This document shows positions 37,834 through 51,045 of a DNA stretch of 64,000 nt, piece by piece. The notes under the pieces were generated by a model that saw only the letters and a program-made list of their open reading frames with translations, was not told the origin of the DNA and ran no database searches. A program made the translations under genes and the position numbers. This stretch comes from Octopus vulgaris (Eukaryota). Location of the stretch: the NCBI GenBank assembly GCA_951406725.2, contig OX597819.1:65782001-65846000 (forward strand), written 5' to 3'. How positions within the stretch are numbered: position 1 is the stretch's first letter; every line of letters begins with the position of its first letter.

Positions 37834-37950
37834 GAGCAACATGAAATGAGATATTTCCCTGAAAATCACAACACATTGACCTGTTCTGAGATAGAAAGTA
37901 CGATCTTGTAATCACAAGTGCAAAAGACTAATCTCTAGGCCAGGCCTCTT
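37830..37950 (-). mobile_element. Diverged SINE head (family D-like) abutting the minisatellite
   Basis: CTGGAGCAACATGAAATGAG...CACAACACATTGACC...CTAGGCC is the reverse complement of the family D head/core. Confidence 0.6.
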
Positions 37951-38377
37951 TGGTTATTAACAAATACTTGAAGAACAATATAATGTTATATCCAGCAGGG
38001 CAGCAGATGAAAGACCGTATAGACGTCCCCATCTTGACTTGTCTTTCCTCTTCTTCATTGATGAAAATTATAACCGCCATTTAACTGAAAGCGAAATACA
38101 TTTCGATACAAGTTCCACAAACTCTATTACTCAATATGCTATTTGCTCCTCAGTAAGAAGCACTATTATTATTATTGTTCTGTTACCGGTAGGCTTTCAC
38201 GAAGACAAGATTCCGTTTAAATCTATGGCTACCAGGCAAGAAGGTGACGATCAAAGATTCTGTAAAATTCTTGGAAGATCATTCCTTCTCCTACTTACTT
38301 TCTCTTTGCGTGCCTTTTTATCTGTGTGGATGCATACATACTTATACTCCTGCGTATGCACACACACACATTCATAT

Positions 38378-38451
<74 letters not shown>

Positions 38452-38522
38452 ATATTAATAATAATAACTTATTTAATCTTTCTATAATATGTAATTTTTC
38501 TAAATGGTATAATTTAATTTTT

Positions 38523-39346
38523 GGATCTTTTCCTTTTGAACGGCAGACAATTTCTAGTTAACTAAATACTTTAAAACTTCGTATATTGGTAGAATGTGTC
38601 AAAATAAAACATGTTTTTCTCTTGGCTTTCTTGAGAAAATTGTAATTTGTTTGTTTAACGTAGTTTAATTTTTCGAATTTTAACCAATCCTATGCTCTCT
38701 TTTGAGCTAAAATCATTTGCTGCGTCTAAAACTGAGACAACATCCTGTCACTAACCCTAAACCTCCCCTAACCCTAACCCTAAATTATTCTTTCTTAATT
38801 GTTAAATTAATTTAATTGTTACGAGTGTAAAAAAAAACGAAAGCAATGGAAAATAATTTAAACAATTAACAAACAAAATAATTCTATAATTTTATACACA
38901 CGCTTTCCGTAACACACGCTTTCCGTAACACACGCTTTCCGTTTACGTACGGAAAGCGTGTGTATAAAATTATAGAATTATTTTGTTAATTGTTTAAATT
39001 ATTTTCCATTGCTTTCGTTTTTTTTACACGCGTAACAATTAAATTAATTTAACAATTAAGAAAAAAATTTAGGGTTAGGGTTAGGGGGAGGTTTAGGGTT
39101 AGTGACAGGATGTTGTCTCAGTTTTAGACACAGCAAATGATTTTGGTTCAATGGAGGTAATCGATTGGTTAAAATTGCCGAAATGCTCGGATTTTCAGAC
39201 GAACTATCGTACAAACTATAGAATTTTCTCAATAAAACCAAAAGAAAATGATGTTTTATAAACACATTCTACCAGTATACGAAGTTTAAAACTTTTTAAT
39301 TACCTAGAAATTATGTTACAAACTGCCGTTCAAAAGGAAGAGATCC
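38523..39346. mobile_element. 824-bp foldback non-autonomous DNA transposon (Merlin- or MULE-like)
   Basis: Termini GGATCTTTTCCTTTTGAACGGCAG / CTGCCGTTCAAAAGGAAGAGATCC; exact 8-bp TSD TAATTTTT; arms complementary to the centre; internal CCCTAA/TTAGGG units. Confidence 0.9.
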
Positions 39347-39970
39347 TAATTTTTCATTATTGAATTGATAAAAGGTGTTTTTTTCTAATATATATATATG
39401 TTATGATGATTTGATATAGTTGCAGACTTAATGGTTATTTATTCACCAACTGTCCAAATCACCAACATGTCATCCAACGATATCCCTTCTTTATAACTAG
39501 TACGACTCTCTGTATACTACATGGCTGCGCATACGATACTCTTCTGGTATCTCCAGCACTCATGCGTATTTATACATTTCGCAACCGTTCACTTTTCCTT
39601 TCACGGCGGTGTTCGACTTCCACCACAACAATATATATTTGTGTGTGTGTGTGGGGGGGGCTCTTATATATATTGATAATAAGGAGAATAAAGAATGTGA
39701 ACATTCAAACTTTGTTTATTTCCAGTTAGTTTATTCATAATAATAGACCGACACGTGTTTCGATAGCACCAACTGCATATAATGTTGTATGTACATATGC
39801 TGCAACTGCACACGCTCAAGTGCCAAGAATAAACTATAACACCGGGTGGGAGTTAAACGAAGTTTATCAAGAAAGGAACCATTATGTTACATCACATTAG
39901 AAGAAACCAGCCTTGGCATTTTACTTAGAGAAATTCGATATCTGCTTGGATATCATATCCCTCCACTTAT

Positions 39971-40005
<35 letters not shown>

Positions 40006-40026
40006 ATATATACATACATACATACA

Positions 40027-40098
<72 letters not shown>

Positions 40099-40101
<3 letters not shown>

Positions 40102-40378
40102 TGAAGGCGTGTTGCATTCATGATTGTGAAATCGTTGGTTTGATTCCCAGACCGGAGGTTGCGTTACATTCTTGAGCAAAGCACTTCATTTCACGTTGCT
40201 CTTCGATGAATTCATTTGACATGTGACACTCGTTGCACCTGTACAAGTAATGTCGATCTGATGGAGGGACTGAGCTTATGTCTACGCAAACATCTGATCA
40301 CTACAAGCAAATCATGTGTGTGGTTGTTCGGTGAGAAAGTGTCGCACCCTGTCACATCGTCTAACGACGAGAGAGTCC
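40099..40378 (+). mobile_element. tRNA-derived SINE, family D-like
   Basis: GGTTTGATTCCC B-box-like; TTCTTGAGCAAAGCACTTCATTTCACGTTGCTC core. Confidence 0.65.
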
Positions 40379-40404
40379 ATTACACGCACACATACACACT
40401 CATC

Positions 40405-40435
<31 letters not shown>

Positions 40436-40450
40436 GTGTGTGTGTGTGTT

Positions 40451-40496
<46 letters not shown>

Positions 40497-41029
40497 AAAT
40501 AATTTTTGAGGGAATATTATTCCTAACTTACAGGGAAAAATTCAATTTAGAAATACATTTTTAATATTTCTATTATATGTAATTTTCTAGATGGTGTAAT
40601 TTAATTGTTCATTTTGAATTGATGAAGGGTGGTTGTTTTCTAATTTATACACACACACATACACACCTACACACACACACACAGACACATCTATATATAT
40701 ATTATATTATATATTATATACACAAACATACACTGATATTTGTGACCTCAATGACTCTGTAAATGAGCATTCGGAGTTTTATGCTAACTTGATATGCATC
40801 AGGTAGAACCGCAATAATAGATCCCCTCAGTTCGGGTTTGCTTGCCGTTAATCAAGAACGCAGACAAGAGACTGTATGAACAAAATCAACGAGAGATGTA
40901 CTAAAATTAAAATGACATGTCACTTTTACAAATTAATGAAAGCAGATGGTAGTCAATACATAAACACGCTCACGGTTAAACACACACATACACACATTCG
41001 GACTTCGCACATGATTCTATTAACGATGT

Positions 41030-41490
41030 TGACTATAATGATGGTGTAAGGTGGTGGTAGTGATGATGATGATGGCTGATGACTGACGAAGACGGCAACG
41101 ATGAAGACGACGACGAGGATGAAGGATGAAGGTTTTTTATATGAAGGGAAGGTGAATGTTGATTACGACGATGAGAGAGAAGGAGGAGGAGGAGAGAAGA
41201 AAAGATGAAGTAGAAGAGGAAAGAGAAGAAGGAGTAGGAAGTGGAGAAGGAGAAGGAAGAAGTGAAGAAGAAAAAGGAGGAGGAGCGGAAGGAGAAGAGG
41301 AGGAAAAGGAGAAAAGGAAGAACAAGAACAAGAACAAGAAGGAGGAGGGTGAGGAGAAAGAACACGAACAAAAACCACAACAACAACAACAAGTAGAACA
41401 AGAACAAGAAGGAAGAGGAAGGGAAGAGAAGGAGGGGAGGAAAAGAAGAAGGAGGAGGAAGAGAAGGAGAAAAAGGAGGAGGAAGCGACC
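41030..41490. repeat. Purine-rich low-complexity tract (GAA/GGA/CAA)
   Basis: Decayed trinucleotide repeats. Confidence 0.85.
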
Positions 41491-41759
41491 ATATTATCAC
41501 CGAAAGACAAATGAACGAAAATACGACGACAGCAAGAAAAATTACATCACTATAGCAACCAGTTTTATTTCGTTAATTTAATGTTCGCCATCAACGAACA
41601 TTTGCAGTATTAGAAGAATTCTGTATTAAGAGACTTCGTCTCTCACTGAAGACCATAATCTAAATCTGCTAATCTTCAAAATGTTCTTGAAACATTCATA
41701 CACTTATATGCGTATATATACATATACACACACACAGATGCACACGCGCACACACACAG

Positions 41760-41819
<60 letters not shown>

Positions 41820-42184
41820 TAATATATATATGTATGTGTGTCCGACTATTTATATATGTGTGTGTGTGTGTGTGGTTTGTTTCTTTGGGCTGGATTTAAC
41901 TTACTTTTAACTTATGGTTATTTACATTGTTTTTTATTTTTGTTTTTGTTGTTGTTGTTCTTCTTCTTTCGTTTCATTCTCCGTTTGCTCGTTTTCTACT
42001 TACTAATGCATTTATTCAAAAATAACATGATTATGAGAAGAAGAAGCGTGCACACACACACTAACAGCCGCACACATACACGCTTACACATACACGCTTA
42101 CACATACACGCTTACACATACACGCTTACACATACATGCTGACACATACATACATATATATTACACACTCATATGTGCGCATGC

Positions 42185-42248
<64 letters not shown>

Positions 42249-42412
42249 GGAAAGACACACTAAGCGTTCAAGCATTTGTGTGTGTGTATATATATATATA
42301 TATAGAAGAGAGAGAGATAGATAGATAGATAGATACTTATATATATGTGTATATATATTTGCATATATATATATATATATATAAATATGTTTACATATAA
42401 GCATATATATTC

Positions 42413-42443
<31 letters not shown>

Positions 42444-44099
42444 CATATATGCTTATATATATATATATGCATATGTATGTACATATATATATATATATAC
42501 ATATATATGAATATATATATGCCTTCATACACACACACATATATACATACATATATCTGGATACAGAGAGGGAGAGATGAGTATAATTACATATAGATAG
42601 ATGAGAATATAAATATTAGTATATATATTTATATTTATATATATATATTCATACACACACATATATGTACACACACACGTATATGCATGCGTGTGAATGT
42701 ATGTATGTTTTTTTGTGTACGTATATATGTATGTAGGTGTGTGTGTTTATGCTCGTACTTACTAATTATACACGTATGCACACCGACTCATTCTTATATG
42801 CACGTATATGCACGTATTGCAATACGATTGTGGCTGTTCGCATGTTTATGCTGAAATATTGAGACAACAGACTTCTGGTTATAAATCCATTCTTATATAC
42901 ACCAGCATTCGATGGTTTGCGTGTTCGCGTGTTAGTGTGTACATATCTATATGCTTAAACCGTTGGTGTTTTTGTGTAGGTCTGCCAGTGTTTGTACTTG
43001 CATGCATAGACATGCCAGTGCGCCTGTATACTTTAGTGAATGCGTATATCTTTAATAATATGGTCATCACCTTCTTCTTCTTCTTCTTCTTTTTCTTCCA
43101 TACATTCTTCTATAAATTCTTCTTCTTTTCCCCTCCGCCTCCTTTATGTTCTTGTACTTGTTCTACTTGTTGTTGTTGTTCTTCTTCTTTTTCTTCTGCT
43201 CCCCATCATCTTGTTCTTGTTCTATTTGTTGTTGTTGTTGAGTCCTTTAGTGAATACGTATATATTTGTGTGTCTCTCTGCATACGTATATACCCGTATG
43301 CGTGTGTTTGTCTGTGTGTGTGTGTCTAAATGTGACAGTGTCTAAGTGCAATTTATGAGTATGTAGCCAAAGCTCTATATACTTGAAATTTGCTTCCGTG
43401 TGTCTCTTTGTGTGTGTTTATGTGTGTGTGCGTGTGTGTTGTGTGTGTGTGTGTGTGTGTGCGTGCGTGTGTGTGTGTGTGCTCCAGTGCCTTGCATCAA
43501 CGTGTCGACGCGTATTCGTGTGTGTATATATTGAATGAATGTATATATCTGTCCTACGTATATCTGAGAATGTTCACATCTCTATCATTATTTTGAAGAT
43601 GCGAATGTATATGAATTTATACAAGTATACGTACTAATTTGTGTGTATATATGCTAGTCTCACTCTCTCTTTCTCTCTCTTTCAGTCGTATAGTCTCTCT
43701 CCCAACCTATCTCCCTTTCTCTGACATTGAATATATATATGTGTGTGTATGTGTGTGTGTGTTTATATTCCTATGTGTAGGTGTGTATGTCTGTATTTGT
43801 ATCAACGTACTTCAGTGTCGGCATGTCTGTGTGTGTTAATATGTGCCACCGTGTATGTATGAGTGTGCGCGTGCGTGCGTGTACGAGAGCGCAGCTACAC
43901 CACTCATTGAAAGATTAACTTTAAAAGTGAAAGTAGAATCAGTATCACAGCGTATTTGCTGTAATCCGGTTCATTATAGCGATTTAGAGAAGATTTCAAC
44001 ATCAGTTTTAGTTTTCAATTTGGCAGAGGAATATAGGGGAAGGAAAGCGTTCGGTGTTTTATATTCAAATATGGAAATTTTCCATTTCCACTTAGTTCT

Positions 44100-44476
44100 G
44101 TGAGGAAGTAGGAAGAATTTGACGAAGAAGAGAAGCAGGAGGTAGAGGTGGGTGGATGAGGGTGAGGATGAGGGGAGGGTGGAGACGAGGAGATGGAGGT
44201 GGTGGTGGTGGTGGTGGTGGTGAAGTAGAATTTATAGAAGTATTTGTAGAAGAAGAAGACGGAGTGGAAGAAGAATTTCTAGTAGAAGAAAAGAAAAGAA
44301 GAAAAAGAATTTGTAGAACTTATAGAAGAAAAAAAAAGAAGAAAAAGAAAAGAAGAAAAAGAAAAGAAGAAAAAAGAAGAATTTGTAGAAGAATTTATCG
44401 AAGAAAAAGAAGAGAAGAAAATGAAGAAGATGGTGGTGATGATGATGGTGGTGATGATGATGATGATGATGATTGA
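44100..44476. repeat. Purine-rich low-complexity tract (GGT/GAA/GAT)
   Basis: Decayed trinucleotide repeats. Confidence 0.85.
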
Positions 44477-45999
44477 TCGAAGGGTTAGATGAGTAAAGCG
44501 AACATAGTAGTCAAGTAATACTAATCAATCGAGCAGCAATATTTTAACTTCGTGCAAAAGAGGTTGCATTCCATGTTAACAATATGCATCCACTTAATAC
44601 TCGTTTATTTAATTATGTATTTATTCATCCTTTAATTATGTTTTTTTTGTTTTGTTTCTAACTAAGAACCGATGAGTGGATAGGAGCGTTCGATCTGCAA
44701 TCCAGTAGCATTTCATTCTCGGATAATTCGATTACCCCCTCGTCATACCCAGCAGTGTATCGCTGTAGAGTAGATGCTAGCTTATTATTTACAAGTAGTG
44801 GAGCATGAGGTTTTAATTATCTGGAATTGCTTCTTAAGCGATGGAAACAACTCGCGGACAAATTCAATAATTCTGGTTAAAAATTTGCAAGAGTGATAAC
44901 CGTGCAATTTTAATTATTAAAATTTACCAAACACTAGTAGGTCCCGTGTAAATTCTACGGAATAGGAAAAAAATTAAGAGAACTTATTTAAGAAAGGATC
45001 ATTTGCATTATTATAGCATTCATAGTTTAGCTTTCTTTAAATATTCTTGACGTTCGTCGACCTTGATTTCATCGTGTCTCCATCGACGTTGAATTTTTAC
45101 TCTTTATTGTATCTTCTCGCTCTTCCTCTCTAATCCGTGCTCTATTACTGCGCATCCTTTCTTGGGCAGCTTTCAACCGTGTTTCTTGTGAATCCAGGTT
45201 AAACTAACCCCTTATATAAACAAATATCAATTTTTCTTTTAAGCGGGCTGACGATAAATGCATTTATGCGTATGCAATGGTCGCTATAAAAAATTTTTTT
45301 CGATAGAAAATTACTTTCCAATATCAACACACCACCACCACTATCTGCCCCCTCTCTCTCTCTCTCTCTCTCAATGTAACTGCCTCCCCTGTCCATCTCT
45401 ATCTACCTTTCCCTTTAGATAAATTTTTAACCATGTAATAAGTACTCCTTCCTTCATCACTGCATGTCGTTAACACTTTTCTCTCGTCGTCTTTTTTTCT
45501 TGTTCTTCGACTCTCCCTTCAGTTGACCACGTATCCATTTGACCAAAGTGTATTAATTTTAATTACTTTTTCTACTTCTCTTCTTTCTTCACTCGTCCCT
45601 CTTTCTCACTCTTGCTCTACCTCTCATTCACTCCATCCCCACCTCTCTAACTAACTAATGTATAACGGGCGAACGAACTAGCATATTATTATATAGACGG
45701 AAAGCTATGAGAAATGATCGATTTCTAGCTATATAGTGACAACGCTATGTGCTTCTTGTTGTTGGTTTAATGAGTTTTGTTGTTTGTTTTTCTTTGTATC
45801 ATTTAGTTCCTAGATTTCTTCAATGAAACAGCCTAATTAACACAACAAATCTTAGAGACTTAATGAAGTATACAGTCTTTTTTGTAAATAAACGTTGAGT
45901 GGTGTAACAAATTAACAGGATGGCATGGAAAAATACCCAGAAGCGCTTGCATTTATAGTAAAGTGCATTCCAGCACATTTGATGACTTTTCTTTTAGGT

Positions 46000-46560
46000 G
46001 GACTGCACCTGCTCGGGACTTCAGTAGATTTGGAGAGTGTCCGCTCTGGTCTGTAATGGTAGTACGTATCAAGACCCCCGGTAATAAGTTAAATAGCTGT
46101 ATATGGTCCTGTTGGTAAGACATACTGGGACTGGAAGAAGGCGAAGGTGAAATCTACACATAGCCCCTGAGAGACTGATCTATGTTTGAATACGCCTTGC
46201 TGCTGCTGCTGCTGATGATGATGATGAGGGTGATAATGATGATGATTTCGTTTCGTATCTGGTTAATTTTAATCTTGAAATTCAGTAGCTATATGACTGC
46301 TTGCATTAAGCAAGTCAGGTAACCACTGTGATCATAGTCGCTTTCTCAGTACATTTCAAGGGACATAGGCGCACTGGATATTGCCTGGCGGGAGGGAGGA
46401 TAAGTGTTTAGGTTCCCAATGTGAAACGGTCTATACTGTGACTTGTTACCAATAAATAGATATATTATAGGAGCCGGAGCAATGCTTTTCCCCCATAAGA
46501 GTTGGTGTGTTTGTAATACTGTTCAAACGACCCGCCCGTCTCATCAGATACAGGGTTCAC
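46000..46560 (-). mobile_element. Possible Penelope-like RT relic
   Basis: Minus strand LQTHQLLWGKSIAPAPIIYLFIG resembles PLE RT motif YxQxxGxAMGxxxAPxxANLFM; otherwise decayed. Confidence 0.25.
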
Positions 46561-47018
46561 CGCTGATAATAGATACGATTCACTGATGTCTCTTATATTT
46601 ATAGAGAACCAAATATAACACCTCAGAAACAAACTACAGAGTCATATATTTCTTCTGTCAGTGAGAGCCACAAACCTGCCCTAGTTACATATACAACCAA
46701 CACTACTGATAACAAAATACGAACCACTGACATCTTGTATGTTTCTCGTGGACCGAATATGATCCCACCTAACAAAAGGCAGTGATTTCTATGGCCCCAT
46801 CTGTCAATGGAAGGTTTCAACCTTTTACAAGTTAGTGGCGCTACAGAGATTTATACAAGATTACAATAAGAATAAATACAAACCAACGCCCTTCTCTTCT
46901 ATGGCCTTTACTAATGGACTCTTCTCAGTTTATGGCAGAGATAAATACTTTGAGGTGGCACTATCTTCAACAACTGATAGCCATCCCTATTCTACTACTA
47001 CTACTACTACTACCACTT

Positions 47019-47057
<39 letters not shown>

Positions 47058-47177
47058 ACTATTCTTCCTCTGCTTCCTCTTTTTCTTACTATTACTATTA
47101 CTATTATCATCATAATTATGATTATAATTATTGTCATCCTCATGCGCATCATCAGTAGTAGTAGTAGTAGTAGTGGA

Positions 47178-47543
47178 AGCACTCCGTCGGTTACGACGAC
47201 GAGGGTTCCGGTTTATCCGATCAACGGAACAGCCTGCTCGTGAAATTAACATGCAAGTGGCTGAGCACTCCACAGATACGTGCACCCTTAACGTAGTTCT
47301 CGGGGATATTCAGCGTGACACAGAGAGTGACAAAGGCCGGCCCTTTGAAATACAGGTACAACAGAAACAGGATGTAAGAGTGAGAGAAAGTTGTGGTGAA
47401 AGAGTACAGCAGGGATCACCATCATCCCTGCCGGAGCCTCGTGGAGCTTTAGGTGTTTTCGCTCAGTAAACATTCACAACGCCCGGTCTGGGAATCGAAA
47501 CCGCGAGTGCGCTGCCCTAACCACTGGGCCATTGCGCCTCCAC
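47178..47543 (-). mobile_element. tRNA-derived SINE, family C (near full length)
   Basis: Reverse complement GGAGGCGCAATGGCCCAGTGGTTAGGGCAGCG...GGTTTCGATTCCC...TCGTCGTAACCGACGGAGTG; within (TAG)n; homologous to 60388-60760. Confidence 0.88.
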
Positions 47544-47570
47544 TCAGTAGTAGTAGTAGTAGTAGTAGTG

Positions 47571-47640
<70 letters not shown>

Positions 47641-47663
47641 AAGTGTGGTGGTGGTAGTAGTGC

Positions 47664-47719
<56 letters not shown>

Positions 47720-47939
47720 TGGCGGCGAGCTGGTAGAATCGATAGTACGCTGGACGAAATGCTTAGCGGTATTTCGCCCGTCGTTACTTTCTGAATTCAA
47801 ATTCCGCCGAGGTCTACGTTGCCTTTCATCCTTTCGGCGTCGATTAAATAAGTACCAGTTACGCACTGGAGTCGATTTAATCAACTAGTCCCTTCCCTTC
47901 CAATTTGAGGCCTTGTGCCTCCAATAGAAAGGATTATTA
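47720..47939 (+). mobile_element. tRNA-derived SINE, family A
   Basis: GGCGGCGAGCTGGTAGAATCG...AATTCAAATTCCGCCGAGGTC...GCCTTTCATCCTTTCGG. Confidence 0.88.
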
Positions 47940-48727
47940 TGAAGATCAACTAACCGGTCTGTTTCAGAGAAATTTCGGGCCTGCGCCTATGAATAATTTC
48001 CAGAAATCCCTTGCCAGGCAGTGCTACATAGGAGCGCTGCCCTTTTGGGATAAACTTTACAGGCACGGAAGTGCCGTCAGCCGGGTCTGCTCGAGGTGCA
48101 CCCTGAATGATGAAACCGTTTTGCATGCTTTAGTCTAGTGTCCGAGTATTGCTGACCTGTGGATTTATGTCGAACACCTGCTGTGGAGTGTAGGGCGAAT
48201 CCGGCTATCAGCTGAAACCATTGAGAAGATTGTCGCGCCGCCCTCATTTAGCCGGGAGGGACAGGCAATTTTTAATTGTCTGGTGGCTGTAGAGAAGGAG
48301 GTGGTATGGTGGACTCGTTTGAAAGGGCTAAAAACAGACACTTTCCTCTTTGGCCAAGCCCACATCAACGTCTTAAGGAAATTGGGGGTGTTGAGGAAAG
48401 TGTTGCCTTGTAGCAAGTTTTTTGAAAGGTGGGTGAATGTTGGAAGAATGTGCCGTGTGAAAGGACTAATTCTGAGCATGCACCTGTAAAAAGGAAATCA
48501 AAGGAGAAGGGCTATTGCCCTATTGTTCAGACACCCGTGGCTTTTGTGAGTTTTTCCACGAGGTTCTTAAAGCGCCTCCCCTATTGAGAGTTTTAATTTG
48601 TTCAATTTTTATTGTAATTACATTGTGTGCACGCGGAAAACCCATTGTATCGTTCTGATTTCGTATTTTATGTTGTTGCACGTCATTTAATGATTGTATG
48701 TGAGCCCTTGTGGCTAATAAAAGAATA

Positions 48728-48728
<1 letters not shown>
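47940..48728 (+). mobile_element. 5'-truncated Tx1/L1-type LINE
   Basis: CSRCTLNDETVLHALV*CPSIADLW (CCHC zinc knuckle after RT), then AVEKEVVWWTR...FFERWV; 3' UTR ending GCCCTTGTGGCTAATAAAAG plus (TAG)n. Confidence 0.8.
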
Positions 48729-48821
<93 letters not shown>

Positions 48822-49232
48822 TGTAGTAGTAGTAGTAGTAGCAGCAGCAGCAGGAGCAGTAGTAGTGCTAATGCTGCTGCTATTGTTTGCTGTTGGTGGT
48901 GATGTTGGTGGTACTATTATCATTTCCTTTTTAATCTCCGCCTTTTGCTCATCGTTTTACCGTCTAAAATAAACTTAACCTATGAAGTCTTAAACACAAA
49001 ACATAATCTAAAGAAACGCTCTTATCTTCTGATAATGGCGTTGATATATCAAACGTGTATTGGGTAGGCGAGTCGTGGCGTATATATATCTATATACATG
49101 CATACACATATATATGCGTATGAGTGTATGCATACACACACATATGTATGTGTATTTGAAAAATGTTGTTGGGTTCATACATTTATACATATCGCATGGA
49201 TGTGAGTATATATACATATATATATACATATT

Positions 49233-49270
<38 letters not shown>

Positions 49271-49317
49271 TGTATATATATTTATATATATGCATGTATA
49301 TATATTATATATATATG

Positions 49318-49358
<41 letters not shown>

Positions 49359-50556
49359 GTGTGTGTGTGTGTGTGTCTGCACGCGCGAAAAATTTTGTCG
49401 GGTTCCTCTCTACGGCGATTTAATATGGAAAGCAGGCGCTGGTTTATTTCTATTCCTTTGAATGCTAACTCTTGGAAAGAAAACGGTCGCGATTTTATTT
49501 CTTTTAGTATTTATTATGTCAAAGATATCTCTGATACGTTAGATCTGAATTTTAAAGAAACTACTGATGGCTAGCAACAGTAAAAGAACTTCTAATAGAA
49601 TTGGTAAAATAAGATACTGTTCTGTTGTATGAAGAGAGGTGAGAATTCTATCGTTTCGCTTCGTGTGTTTATTCTGATAAAATGTATAGATTTACAGAAA
49701 TGTTAGAACGATGAAAAACATGAGACATTCGGAGAAGATATGGTGCCGCTAAGTGGTTTCTCTTGTTGCTAGAAAGAATGGTGAGATATCACTCAAGTTA
49801 TTCTCTCGCGTGTTCAAAAAAAAAAAAGAAAGAAAAAAAGATGTCGTTTAGGATAATGAAAAGAGGGATACAATTCTTCATGAAAAGAGAGGGCGGAATC
49901 ATTCTGGCTGAAATATCTTTGATGAAATGATTTCTTAATGAGATCTCATGTTGGAACAAACAAGAACAACAACAACAACAAAGATGTGTCGACTTGTTTA
50001 TGCTGCCTCAGTTCTTCATGTGTTGCCGTGCGTGCGTGTATACAACTCTATGTGCTTGTATCTATGCGTGCGTGTGTAAGTATATGCATGTGTATCTGTG
50101 TACAAGAATGCGCGTGCACGCGTGCTTATGCAGTCATGAGGGCGTGTGCGAGCATGTGTGTGAGTGTGTATGTGTTCGTGCATATATAACTGCCCGTATG
50201 TGATTATGCGTGTAGATATGTGTCTGTTTGTGTCTGAGTGTGTATGTGTGTGTGTGTGTGTGTAGTGTCTTTATCTTTTTACGCTCAAACATCATTATGC
50301 CTACTCGAATATCACTTTTGCAAAATTCAAAGAACACCACTTTCTTATCTTTCCGTTTTCTCCCTAACAGCCCGACCCCTAGCTTTGTAAATATATGCCA
50401 TGGGGTCAAACCAAAGCATCTAATGCTGCGCCCATTCATATCTGTGAGCTTTCACACGCACACATACACATGAATACAATCGTGCACAACCATGTACACA
50501 GCCAAACGTGAAGCTATTCTTCGTATACTTATGCACCAATGTGTTATGTGTATATT

Positions 50557-50735
50557 AAGGCGGTGAGCTGGCTTCATCGCTGGCACGCCGGGCAAGACTG
50601 CATTTCGTCCGTCTTTACGTTCTGAGTACAAGTCCCACCACAGTCGTATTTTCTTTACACCAGTTAGTTGAACACTGGGGTTGATGTAATCGACATACCC
50701 CACCGACGAATTTGCTGGTTCTGTAGCAAAATCTG
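50557..50735 (+). mobile_element. tRNA-derived SINE family A, internally deleted
   Basis: AAGGCGGTGAGCTGGC...CACGCCGGGC...CACTGGGGTTGATGTAATCGAC. Confidence 0.7.
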
Positions 50736-50857
50736 AAGCTAAAAGGCATAAATACGCATGCGTTCACATGTTTGTTTTATGTGTGTATATATGTATGCAA
50801 GCATGTATGCGTGTATGCGTGTATGTATGTATCTGTGTGTATGTTTATGTGTAAATC

Positions 50858-50984
50858 AGGCACAGGAGTGGCTGTGTGATAAGTAGTTTGCTTACTAACC
50901 ACATAATTCAGGGTTCAGTCACACAGAGTGGCACCTTGGGCCGAGCAAACCTTTCAGTTTCCGTCTACTACACCCACTCACAAG

Positions 50985-50985
<1 letters not shown>
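50858..50985 (+). mobile_element. SINE family B head with an inverted internal segment
   Basis: AGGCACAGGAGTGGCTGTGTGATAAGTAG...GGCACCTTGGGC followed by reverse-orientation CTTTCAGTTTCCGTCTAC...CACTCACAAGG. Confidence 0.75.

Positions 50986-51045
<60 letters not shown>

Noticed and set aside
38750-39105. Telomere or telomere fusion (CCCTAA...TTAGGG)
   Set aside because: Only a few units per arm, within the inverted arms of a TSD-flanked transposon.
41156-41581. Charged E/K/R-rich ORF (also 44156-44476)
   Set aside because: Low-complexity purine repeats without domain features or supported splice structure.
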